Positions 36,374 through 45,041 of a stretch of DNA of 64,000 nucleotides are shown here, piece by piece. The first letter of the stretch is position 1. Each line of letters begins with the position of its first letter. The stretch covers positions 202,737 through 266,736 of the forward strand of contig JAEYRH010000003.1 in assembly GCA_023435705.1 (NCBI GenBank), written 5' to 3'. The notes below the pieces were generated by a model. It saw only the letters and a list, made by a program, of their open reading frames with translations, did no database searches and was not told the DNA's origin. Position numbers and translations under genes: made by a program. Source of the stretch: Bacillota bacterium (GTDB taxonomy: Bacteria; Bacillota; Clostridia; Christensenellales; UMGS416).

Positions 36374-38524
36374 GTGAACGGGTTCATCGACAGAATTCGA
36401 AAGGAAGCAGCAGGCAAGCTGGACGTCAGCCTGATCGAACGGGCTTATGAATTTGCCGGGGCAGCCCATGAGGGGCAGGCCCGCCAGACTGGCGAGCCTT
36501 ATTTCATCCACCCCTGCCAGGTCGCCACGATCCTTTTGGATATGGAAATGGACGCCACGACGATCGCGGCCGGCCTCCTGCATGACACTGTGGAAGACAC
36601 AATTGTTACGCTGGATCAGATCAAAGAAAAATTCGGGCCGGAAATTGCCCTGATTGTGGACGGCCTGACCAAGATCAGCAAGGTGGAGTTCAGCAGCAAT
36701 GAGGAGCGGCAGGCCGAGAGCATCCGCAAGATGCTGCTGGCAATGTCGCAGGATATCCGCGTGATCATGATCAAGCTGGCCGACCGCCTGCACAACATGC
36801 GCACTCTTGATGCCTGCCCCCGGGAGAAGCAAGTTGCTGTGGCCCGCGAGACCCGCGACATTTATGCGCCACTGGCCCACCGCCTTGGTATCTTTAAGAT
36901 CAAGATAGAGCTGGAAGACCTGGCGCTTCGCTATTTGGATCCTGAAGGTTATGCCGAGGTGGCTCGTGAGTTGGAGGCAACGGTGGCCAACCGGCGGGCG
37001 GAGATCGACCTGGTGATCGCGCAGATCCGCGAGCGGCTGGTAGATGCGGAAATCACTGCCACCATCGAGGGCCGCCTCAAGCATTACGCCAGCATCTATC
37101 GCAAGATGAAGGAGCAGCACAAAACGCTGGAGCAGATTTACGACCTTTCTGCTGTGCGTGTGATTGTGGACTCTGTGAAGGACTGCTATGGCGTGCTGGG
37201 CATTGTGCACACGCTGTGGCGGCCGTTGCCGGGCCGGTTTAAGGACTACATCGCCGTGCCCAAGGCCAACCTCTACCAGTCGCTGCACACCACGGTGATT
37301 GGCCGGGCCGGTGCGCCGTTTGAGGTGCAGATCCGCACCTGGGAGATGCACCGCACCGCTGAATACGGCATCGCGGCCCACTGGAAATATAAGGAAGACG
37401 GCACAGACAACACATTTGACAATAAGCTCGCATGGCTGCGCCAAATCCTGGAGTGGCAAAACGAAACGCGGGACGCTCATGAGTTCATGGACTCGTTGAA
37501 GCTCGACCTGTTTTCCACCGAGGTGTTTGTGTTCACGCCCAAGGGCGATGTGGTGGATCTGCCCAAGGGTGCCACGCCGGTGGATTTCGCCTATATGATC
37601 CACAGTGCGGTGGGCAACAAGTGCGTGGGCGCCAAGGTCAACGGCAAGATGGCCATGCTCAACGCTGAGCTCAAAACCGGCGACATCGTGGAAATCATCA
37701 CCTCCAACACCAGCCGGGGGCCAAGCCGCGACTGGCTTAATATCGTGAAAACACCCCAGGCCCGCAACAAGATCCGCGCCTGGTTCAAAAAGGAATACAA
37801 GGACGAAAACATCGAAAAGGGCCAGGACATGCTGGAGGAGGCTGCCAAGCGCTCCGGCGTTCTTCTGGGCGACCTTTTGAAGCCCGAATGGCTGCAGAAG
37901 CTATATAAAAAGTTTACGCTAAGCTCCGTGGAGGATATGTACGCCGCAGTGGGTTATGGGGGCCTCACCACCGGGCAGGTGCTGCAGCGATTGCTGGCCG
38001 AGCACCGCCGCGAGCAGAAGGCCAAGCAAGCAGAAACGGCGCCTGCCACTGAAAGCAAGGCGCAGAGAAAGCCACCGTCCAGCAGGGGCATTATTGTGAA
38101 GGGGCACAAAAACATGCTGGTGCGCTTCGCCCAGTGCTGCAACCCGGTGCCTCACGATGAGATCGTGGGCTTCATCACCCGGGGTCGGGGTGTGTCTGTG
38201 CACCGCCGCGACTGCCCCAGCATCATTGACCTGATGAACGACCCCAGCCGGTTCATTGACGTGGCCTGGGAGGATGATGCCAGCTCGGCCTACCGCGCCC
38301 GCCTGCACCTGAGTGCCTATGACCGCCCGGCGCTCATTGTAGACATCTACAAGGCCATCGACACCGTGGATGCTCACATGATCGAGGTAAACGCCAAAGT
38401 GACCGCCAAAGGGGTGGCCAACATGGCGATGCTCATTCAGATTAAAGATAAGGTGCAGCTGGAGGCATTGATTCGGGCCTTCCGCAAGATACCCGAGATG
38501 ATTGATGTGTATCGGGGGACGTGA
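36374..38524 (+). CDS. relA: Bifunctional (p)ppGpp synthetase/hydrolase (RelA/SpoT homolog)
   Basis: 716 aa. GTG start after AAAGGAGA. HD hydrolase motif (HDTVEDT), synthetase motif (YQSLHTTV), then TGS and ACT-like C-terminal regions. Confidence 0.92.
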   Translation: MNGFIDRIRKEAAGKLDVSLIERAYEFAGAAHEGQARQTGEPYFIHPCQVATILLDMEMDATTIAAGLLHDTVEDTIVTLDQIKEKFGPEIALIVDGLTKISKVEFSSNEERQAESIRKMLLAMSQDIRVIMIKLADRLHNMRTLDACPREKQVAVARETRDIYAPLAHRLGIFKIKIELEDLALRYLDPEGYAEVARELEATVANRRAEIDLVIAQIRERLVDAEITATIEGRLKHYASIYRKMKEQHKTLEQIYDLSAVRVIVDSVKDCYGVLGIVHTLWRPLPGRFKDYIAVPKANLYQSLHTTVIGRAGAPFEVQIRTWEMHRTAEYGIAAHWKYKEDGTDNTFDNKLAWLRQILEWQNETRDAHEFMDSLKLDLFSTEVFVFTPKGDVVDLPKGATPVDFAYMIHSAVGNKCVGAKVNGKMAMLNAELKTGDIVEIITSNTSRGPSRDWLNIVKTPQARNKIRAWFKKEYKDENIEKGQDMLEEAAKRSGVLLGDLLKPEWLQKLYKKFTLSSVEDMYAAVGYGGLTTGQVLQRLLAEHRREQKAKQAETAPATESKAQRKPPSSRGIIVKGHKNMLVRFAQCCNPVPHDEIVGFITRGRGVSVHRRDCPSIIDLMNDPSRFIDVAWEDDASSAYRARLHLSAYDRPALIVDIYKAIDTVDAHMIEVNAKVTAKGVANMAMLIQIKDKVQLEALIRAFRKIPEMIDVYRGT

Positions 38525-38557
38525 GCTTTCGGTCAAAACTGTGATTTATGATACAGA

Positions 38558-38587
38558 GAATGCCCCTCCCGCTCGGGAGGGGCATTC
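38558..38587. terminator. Bidirectional 14-bp perfect stem-loop between the convergent relA and propeller-lipoprotein genes
   Basis: GAATGCCCCTCCCG-ct-CGGGAGGGGCATTC. Confidence 0.75.
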
Positions 38588-38600
38588 TTCAACTGTTTAA

Positions 38601-39731
38601 CTATTTCAACTTTGTTGTCGCAAGGCCTTTCCAACCTTCCACCTCGCAGGCTCCTTCTTCATTACTTCCGGTTGAAACTGCAGTGCCATCTGCTTTCAGG
38701 CCAACCACATGGCCTGACCCGGCTGTGATGGCGATGATGTTTGTCCAATCCTGTATGTTGCCTTCCCCAAACATGTTCTGCCCGGCGGCCACCACTGTGC
38801 CGTCTGCTTTCAGCCCATAGGAGCAGTACCCTCCGACGGCGATGGCGATGATGTCGCTCCAGGATTCCACATTGCACTCACCATCGTTGTTGTATCCGGT
38901 GGCAACCACGGTGCCGTCAGCCCTGAGCCCCAGCACGGTTCTTTCATTCGCCGCGATGGCTACAATTTTTGTCCACTTGCTCACGTTGCATTGCCCATAT
39001 TGATTGTTTCCTGTGGCAACCACTTTGCCATCCTTTTTCAAGCCAACTCCGAATCGTTCGCCGGCTGCGATGGCTATAATGCCCTTCCAGTTTTTTACCT
39101 TGTTGGGGTCAGAGCTCTTGTAATCGATGCCGTTTGACAAGACTGTTCCGGCAGCTTTCAACCCTATCACGGTATCATTTCCACCGGTTGATACCGCGAT
39201 GATTTTCTTCCACTTTTTCAGCGTGCGGCTCAAATAGCTTCTCTGCGATCCTGAGACCACAACGGTGCCATTGGATTGCAAGCCCACGACGTGAACATAT
39301 CCGGCTGATATTGCGACAATCTTGTTCCATTTGGCTGTGTTGATCCCATACTCCTTGTTGTTACCCGCTTGGACAACTTTCCCATTCTTGGTGATGGCAA
39401 ACGAGAAGTTCCCTGCGGCAATATTGCCCGCAAGCAGCCGGCGCGAGGCCTGCAATTTTGCCAAATCTGGTTTTGCCGTGGGTGTGGGTGTTGGCGCAAG
39501 CGTTGGAGATGCGGTGGGCTCCTGTGTCATTTCCAGCGTTTTGGTTGGAGCCACAGTGGGCAATAAGCTGGGAGCAGCCGTGTGTGAAGCGGTGGGAGAG
39601 GGGCCCATAGTTGCCGTTGGGGTGGGCTTCGCCACAGCGGGTTGGCACGCCGAAAGGAAGCAGGCGGCCAGCAGCAGAAATGCCGTCAATGCTGATGTTA
39701 GCATGGTGGATCTCTTTGACTTTGCACTCAT
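38601..39731 (-). CDS. Lipoprotein with about seven RCC1-like (RCC1_2-type) beta-propeller repeats
   Basis: Signal peptide plus lipobox (FLLLAAC), then a Pro/Thr-rich linker. Seven ~38-aa repeats follow, of the form W-x-x-I-[IV]-A-I-[AS]-x-G...GL[KR]xDGTVVxxG. It is full-length homologous to the C-terminal half of 39788..41869. Confidence 0.8.
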   Translation of the reverse strand: MSAKSKRSTMLTSALTAFLLLAACFLSACQPAVAKPTPTATMGPSPTASHTAAPSLLPTVAPTKTLEMTQEPTASPTLAPTPTPTAKPDLAKLQASRRLLAGNIAAGNFSFAITKNGKVVQAGNNKEYGINTAKWNKIVAISAGYVHVVGLQSNGTVVVSGSQRSYLSRTLKKWKKIIAVSTGGNDTVIGLKAAGTVLSNGIDYKSSDPNKVKNWKGIIAIAAGERFGVGLKKDGKVVATGNNQYGQCNVSKWTKIVAIAANERTVLGLRADGTVVATGYNNDGECNVESWSDIIAIAVGGYCSYGLKADGTVVAAGQNMFGEGNIQDWTNIIAITAGSGHVVGLKADGTAVSTGSNEEGACEVEGWKGLATTKLK

Positions 39732-39787
39732 GATTTCACCTCATATTCTTCTAGACTGTCTGGGCATTGGTGAGAAGTCAATTTGAT

Positions 39788-41869
39788 TTATTTCAGCCTT
39801 GTCGTTGCGAGTTTATTCCAACCGTCCACTTCACAGGCCCCTTCTTCGTTTGACCCGACTGCTACCGCGGCGCCATCGTGCCGCAGGCCAACCACATGCC
39901 CTGATCCGGCTGAGATGGCGATGATATCGGTCCATTTGTCTGTGTTGCGCTGGCCTAAATGGCCATCGCCCGCGGATATGACCGTGCCATCTGCCTTCAA
40001 CCCATAAGAACTGAAGTCACCCACGGCAACTGCTACGATGTCACGCCAGGCTTCCACGCTGCACTCTCCGTCGATGTTGTAACCTGTGGCCACCACCGTT
40101 CCGTCAGCCTTTAATCCTAGCACCGTCCTCGAGCTTGCCGCGATGGCAACGATATCTTTCCACTCGCCTACGTTGCATTGTCCATATTCATTGTTGCCTG
40201 TGGCCACCACCGTTCCGTCTGCCTTTAGCCCTATTCCAAACCCTTCACCGGCTGCGATGGCGACAATGTCTTTCCAGTTCTTTACTTTGTTTGGATCCGC
40301 GCTATCATAAAATATCCCGGTGGATACTACGGTGCCATCTGCTTTCAGGCCCATGATCACATCGTTGCCGCCAGCAGCTATTTCAACGATATTTTTCCAC
40401 TCTTTGGTATTCCTCTCAAAATCTGGCCTGCCGTGCCCGCCGGTTACGACTACGGTGCCATCGGAGCGCAATCCGGCAACGTGTACGAATCCTGTGGATA
40501 TAGCTACCATCTTGCTCCACTTGCTTGTATCGATTTGGTATTCCTTGATATTCCCAGCCTGGTGGACCTTCCCGTCTTTTGTGACGGCAAACGTGCAAAT
40601 CCCTGCAGCGATATTTCCTGCGATTAACCGACAGTTGGCTTGTAATTGGGATATGTCGGGATTCACCGTTGGTGCAGGGGTCGGGGTGGGTTCCGATGTT
40701 GGGGTGGGTGCGGCAGTTTGCGCAGGCGATGCTGTTGGTGTTGGCTTTGCCGATGCGACCAACTCCAGATCGGCAGAAGCCGGCTGCGCAGTGGTGGGTT
40801 GGCAGGCTGTGGTGAAGCAAGCCACAAGCAGGAGAATTGCCGTGATCACTGCAGCCAGCCGCGTAGAGGTGCTGGATTTTTCGCTCATAAAAACACCCCT
40901 TATTCTTTTTTCTGCGCTGGTCCTGTTGTGTTCCATTCCCATACCCATTACAGGCTTTACGCTTCCTGGCTGGCTGAAGAGCATCAGCAGTGTTGAGGCA
41001 TACTGCCTTTTTTCGTCATTGCCCATCTTTTTGACCACAGTGCTGTCACAAGACACTTCCATGTCCTGCTGCATTTGATGGGCAGCGAGCCAAACAACCG
41101 GGTTGAACCAATACACACATCTCAATACCATCAGCAACAAGGAAATGATGTGATCACCCCTTTTGTAGTGGGATAGCTCATGGCGGAAGATATGCTCCAA
41201 TGTCTCGGGATTGCGATGGCTCTCGCTTGGCAGCAACAGTATCGGTGCAACGCTGATGGAAAGAGCCGGTGTGGAGATGCCATTCAAGATTACAGGCCTT
41301 GGCCCATGGCGAATCCCCAACTCCAGCTTGAGCCTCTCAAACAGGCGCCGCTCTGCGGAGGGCAATGGCTGCTTGTTGCGCAGGATCGATGCGGAGAGCC
41401 TGAGGTGAACAAACGCGAACCAAGCGCATACCGAGATGATACCGACAAACCATATGGCTGGCAGCACATGCTCCAGATCCCGGGACCACCAACCTGGATC
41501 CGTATTGCGATTAACTTGTGGTATTGCCGGAGCATTCACCGGCATCGACTCATCTTTCGTAACGTTTTTCATTGTATTGGTGGCGGTTTCTTGTGAATTG
41601 GCAACTGGCAGAGCGTTGTTATGATTGGTGTGCTCGCTGCCAGCCTGCAACAATTGAGTGACTTGTTGTGTTTGTTGTGGCAGAGTGATCAGGTGGAACC
41701 CACCTTCGATGGTAACGGGCATTAACAACCGCAACAGCAGAAGGAACCACACTCCATATTGCATCGCGGCTGACATCTTGTTGCGAAACAGCGTGCGAAA
41801 GAGCAGGATTGCCAGATAAAGAACGGCAGAATAGACAGTAATCTCGGCAAGCGCCTCAAGAACCCTCAT
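39788..41869 (-). CDS. M56-family (BlaR1/MecR1-like) membrane zinc metalloprotease fused to an extracellular RCC1-like seven-repeat propeller
   Basis: Start at MRVLEALAEIT (GGGAG RBS), overlapping the blaI-like stop by 14 nt. Multi-TM N-terminus with FRHELSHYKRGDH (HExxH) and YWFNPVVW. Then a TM/lipobox-like segment (LLLVAC), a PT linker and seven propeller repeats. Confidence 0.85.
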   Translation of the reverse strand: MRVLEALAEITVYSAVLYLAILLFRTLFRNKMSAAMQYGVWFLLLLRLLMPVTIEGGFHLITLPQQTQQVTQLLQAGSEHTNHNNALPVANSQETATNTMKNVTKDESMPVNAPAIPQVNRNTDPGWWSRDLEHVLPAIWFVGIISVCAWFAFVHLRLSASILRNKQPLPSAERRLFERLKLELGIRHGPRPVILNGISTPALSISVAPILLLPSESHRNPETLEHIFRHELSHYKRGDHIISLLLMVLRCVYWFNPVVWLAAHQMQQDMEVSCDSTVVKKMGNDEKRQYASTLLMLFSQPGSVKPVMGMGMEHNRTSAEKRIRGVFMSEKSSTSTRLAAVITAILLLVACFTTACQPTTAQPASADLELVASAKPTPTASPAQTAAPTPTSEPTPTPAPTVNPDISQLQANCRLIAGNIAAGICTFAVTKDGKVHQAGNIKEYQIDTSKWSKMVAISTGFVHVAGLRSDGTVVVTGGHGRPDFERNTKEWKNIVEIAAGGNDVIMGLKADGTVVSTGIFYDSADPNKVKNWKDIVAIAAGEGFGIGLKADGTVVATGNNEYGQCNVGEWKDIVAIAASSRTVLGLKADGTVVATGYNIDGECSVEAWRDIVAVAVGDFSSYGLKADGTVISAGDGHLGQRNTDKWTDIIAISAGSGHVVGLRHDGAAVAVGSNEEGACEVDGWNKLATTRLK

Positions 41870-42248
41870 TTTGCTCTCCCTTCTTGGCCAGCTGCTCCAG
41901 CAGCTTCGCCAACTCCTCCTGGTCTTTGCTGGATAGCCCACTTTCTTTGATCATGCACACCAACAGCTCTTTTGTGGAAGTTTCGGTAACCTTTTGCAGC
42001 AAGCCTCTGCTCTCGTTGAGGATGCACTGATCCTTTTCCACCAGAGGGAAATAGTAGTTGTCTCTGCCTCTGGTTTCAAAGCCAACAAACCCTTTTTCGT
42101 TGAGCTTCCGCAAATAGGAGGCATAAGTGCGGTAGCTCCAGTTCAGAGACCCTTTCATCGTTTCGATCACGCCGGAAAGTGTCTGTGGAGACTTTTCCCA
42201 CAGGGCAGACATCACGGCCCATTCGGATTTGGTGAGCGTATCAGGCAT
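41856..42248 (-). CDS. BlaI/MecI/CopY-family winged-helix transcriptional repressor
   Basis: MPDTLTKSEWAVMSALWEKSPQTLSGVIETMKGSLNWSYRTYASYLRKLNEKGFVGFETRGRDNYYFPLV. ATG at 42248 lies 6 nt after GAGGTG. The ORF track starts at the in-frame GTG 42257. Confidence 0.85.
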   Translation of the reverse strand: MPDTLTKSEWAVMSALWEKSPQTLSGVIETMKGSLNWSYRTYASYLRKLNEKGFVGFETRGRDNYYFPLVEKDQCILNESRGLLQKVTETSTKELLVCMIKESGLSSKDQEELAKLLEQLAKKGEQNEGS

Positions 42249-42302
42249 GCATTTCACCTCTTTGCCAGCATGCGAAAGCTGTTTGTGATTGTTGGAATAA
42301 TC

Positions 42303-42342
42303 CTATGATTGTAAGTATAATCATAGCAGATGGCGTTGTCAA
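42303..42342 (-). promoter_or_regulatory. Promoter of the blaI-like operon, overlapped by a perfect inverted repeat (candidate operator)
   Basis: The minus strand reads TTGACA (42342..42337) - 17 nt - TATACT (42319..42314). The inverted repeat CTATGATT-N8-AATCATAG (42303..42326) covers the -10 box and the predicted start site. Confidence 0.65.
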
Positions 42343-42466
42343 TAGCGCTTTTTTTATTTCTACCCAAATGGTCGGTGTTCTTTTTGCTGGCGGAAAAGCC
42401 TCTTTCCTTCCTGGCAGATGTTGGTGTATGATGTGTTCACAACAAGCTTGAGCAAACGGAGCTCCC

Positions 42467-42916
42467 ATGCGCGCAGTGATCCAGCGTGTCAAATCCGCCA
42501 GAGTGGACGTAGCAGCCCAGACCATCGGCCAGATCGGCCACGGCCTGCTGGTCTTTCTTGGCGTGGAGATGGGAGACGGTGAGAAGGACCTGGAATACAT
42601 CTGCACCAAGCTCATTGGCCTGCGCATCTTCGAAGACGATGAGGGCAAGATGAATCTGGCTTTGGGCGATGTGGACGGCAGCGCATTGGTGGTCTCACAG
42701 TTCACGCTGTTGGGTGACGCACGCCATGGCCGCCGGCCCAGCTTTTCCAATGCCGCAGCGCCCGAGGAGGGTGAGCGGTGGTATCTGGCCGCGGTGGATT
42801 TCCTCCGCCGTGCTGGCATTGAGGTGCAGACCGGGCAATTCCGGGCCGATATGGAGGTTCACCTCGTCAACGATGGGCCTGTCACCATTCTACTGGATAG
42901 CAGGAGGGCCTTTTGA
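42467..42916 (+). CDS. dtd: D-aminoacyl-tRNA deacylase
   Basis: MRAVIQRVKSARVDV...VSQFTLLGD...RPSF...MEVHLVNDGPVTILLDS. 149 aa. Confidence 0.92.
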   Translation: MRAVIQRVKSARVDVAAQTIGQIGHGLLVFLGVEMGDGEKDLEYICTKLIGLRIFEDDEGKMNLALGDVDGSALVVSQFTLLGDARHGRRPSFSNAAAPEEGERWYLAAVDFLRRAGIEVQTGQFRADMEVHLVNDGPVTILLDSRRAF

Positions 42917-43545
42917 TGGCCGTAAGTAAAATTATCCCTGTGCCCACCGGTCGCAACGATGGCCGCAGCTATCTATTGGTCTGCAAGGAGACCGGCACCG
43001 CTGCTGCCGTCGATGTGGACATCAACGTGGAGCAATTGCTGCAAGCTGCAGCGGCGGAAGGCGCCGCAATTCGCCACATTCTGCTGACCCATTGCCACTT
43101 TGACCATGTGTCAGGTTCTGACGAGTTGAGGGAGCGCACTGGTGCGCAGGTATCGATCCACAGCCTGGACCGGCCTGGTCTCAACGATCCGATGCGCAAC
43201 ATGTCCGGCCCTTTCCGGCAGAAGCCCATCACCGGGCGGCATGTGGATTTGGAGCTGGACGAGTGCAGCACAATTGCGATTGGCAACCTTGTTGTGAAGG
43301 TGCTGCACACACCTGGGCACACGCCGGGCTCCTGCTGCTTTTGGGTGGGGGACGACCTTTTCACCGGTGATACATTGTTTCGAGGCGGTTACGGCAACAC
43401 CGGGTTCCCCGGTGGTGACATGCAGGCGCTGATGCTTTCGATGGCGCGGCTGTTGTCTATGGATGAGCACATCGCCATTTACCCCGGACACGGTCAGCCC
43501 AGCACCATTGGCCGGGAGCGGGTGATGAACCCGATCAGCATATGA
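42913..43545 (+). CDS. MBL-fold metallo-hydrolase (glyoxalase II-like)
   Basis: LLTHCHFDHVSG (HxHxDH motif) and LHTPGHTPGS. Start and stop overlap the neighbouring genes by 4 nt each. Confidence 0.85.
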   Translation: MMAVSKIIPVPTGRNDGRSYLLVCKETGTAAAVDVDINVEQLLQAAAAEGAAIRHILLTHCHFDHVSGSDELRERTGAQVSIHSLDRPGLNDPMRNMSGPFRQKPITGRHVDLELDECSTIAIGNLVVKVLHTPGHTPGSCCFWVGDDLFTGDTLFRGGYGNTGFPGGDMQALMLSMARLLSMDEHIAIYPGHGQPSTIGRERVMNPISI

Positions 43546-45005
43546 TCCAGTTTACGACGAACCAACCGGGCTTTTACAACGACATGGCCGATGTGATCCG
43601 GCTCTTCTTCGGCATGGAGAAGGTCTCAGCCGAGGAATCCGGCGTGGAGCTTGCCATTGACCACCGCTTTGAGGAGCGGCAGGGGCAATGGGTCGAGCGA
43701 TGCGAGCTCATCCGGCTCGGCCAAGCCTCCATCGCCCGGGAAATGTCCTTCGATGCGGTGCAGAGCGCTGACAGCTTGCTGGTGGAGCGGCTGAAGAAGC
43801 GCAATGCCAAGTTGTGCCTTTATGCGCTGTTGAAGCAGGATCGAGGTTTCTCCCCGCCATGGGGATCACTCACCGGCATCCGGCCTACCAAGCTGGCCCG
43901 GCAGCTGCTGGATGAGATGGGGCAGGGCAGCCTGCCCGCAGTGGTGGAAGCGCTGCAGACTATATTTGATGTATCGGAACCCAAAGCCCGCTTGGTGGGT
44001 AACATCCTCAGCGCGCAGCAAGGCATCCATACCTGGGGTGACAGCGCCCATTACGATGTCTATATCGGCATCCCGTTCTGCCGCACCCGCTGCCTCTACT
44101 GCTCGTTCTTCAGCGCCGACATGCGCAAACCCAAGCTGGCCGATGCTTATGTGGAGGCGCTGCTTCGTGAAATCGCCGCATTTGGCGCAGTGATGGGCGA
44201 GCAGGGCAGGCGCTGCCGAGCCATCTATGTGGGGGGCGGCACACCTGTGGCCATCCCCACCGAGCAGCTGCGGCGGGTGCTGGACAGTGCGCAGCATGCC
44301 TTCCCCGGTGCAATGGAATTCACTGTGGAGGCCGGCAGGCCGGACAGCGTGACTGCTGAAACCATGGCCATGCTCAAAGCTATGGGTGTAGGAAGGGTGA
44401 GCATCAACCCGCAGACGATGAACACCCGCACGCTCCGGGCTATTGGCCGCGACCACACGCCGGAGGAAGTGCTGGAAGCCTTCGCCATGGCTCGTGCCGC
44501 CGGAATCAGACAGATCAACATGGATCTCATTGCTGGCTTGCCCGGTGAAAATGCCGATGGCATGGCCGCCACACTGGATGCGCTGGCGCCCCTTGATATG
44601 GACAATCTGACAGTGCACACCCTGGCGATCAAGCACTCCTCCCGCCTGAATGAGCGTTTGGGCGAATACCCGCTGCCCGCCGATGTGGAGGCCGCCCGCA
44701 TGGTGGAGCTGGCCCACACATTTGCAGCAGGGCGAGGGATGGTGCCCTACTACATGTATCGCCAGAAGTATATGGCCGGCAACCTGGAAAATGTGGGATA
44801 TGCCCTGCCCGGTACGGCGTGTGTTTATAACATTGACATGATGGAGGAGACCCACGATATCGTGGCACTGGGGGCCGGGGCTGTGTCAAAACGCATGTTT
44901 TATGAGCAGACCCGCCATGAGCGCTTCCCCAATCCAAAGAACATTGAGTACTATATCGGTAAGATTGATGAGATTATACGAGATAAAGCAGAGTTTTTCC
45001 TGTAG
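43542..45005 (+). CDS. hemZ: Radical SAM coproporphyrinogen dehydrogenase-like protein (HemZ type)
   Basis: YIGIPFCRTRCLYCSF (CxxxCxxC radical SAM cluster) and the HemN-like C-terminal region. 487 aa. Confidence 0.8.
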   Translation: MIQFTTNQPGFYNDMADVIRLFFGMEKVSAEESGVELAIDHRFEERQGQWVERCELIRLGQASIAREMSFDAVQSADSLLVERLKKRNAKLCLYALLKQDRGFSPPWGSLTGIRPTKLARQLLDEMGQGSLPAVVEALQTIFDVSEPKARLVGNILSAQQGIHTWGDSAHYDVYIGIPFCRTRCLYCSFFSADMRKPKLADAYVEALLREIAAFGAVMGEQGRRCRAIYVGGGTPVAIPTEQLRRVLDSAQHAFPGAMEFTVEAGRPDSVTAETMAMLKAMGVGRVSINPQTMNTRTLRAIGRDHTPEEVLEAFAMARAAGIRQINMDLIAGLPGENADGMAATLDALAPLDMDNLTVHTLAIKHSSRLNERLGEYPLPADVEAARMVELAHTFAAGRGMVPYYMYRQKYMAGNLENVGYALPGTACVYNIDMMEETHDIVALGAGAVSKRMFYEQTRHERFPNPKNIEYYIGKIDEIIRDKAEFFL

Positions 45006-45041
45006 CCCATCCAGAGAGACTCCTCTCTGCTCCTAAAGAAA

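Noticed and set aside
38525-42466. Searched the borders of the blaI-like cassette for mobile-element hallmarks: integrase, transposase, tRNA target, terminal inverted or direct repeats.
   Set aside because: None were seen by eye, so I do not call a mobile element. The insertion interpretation rests on synteny only.
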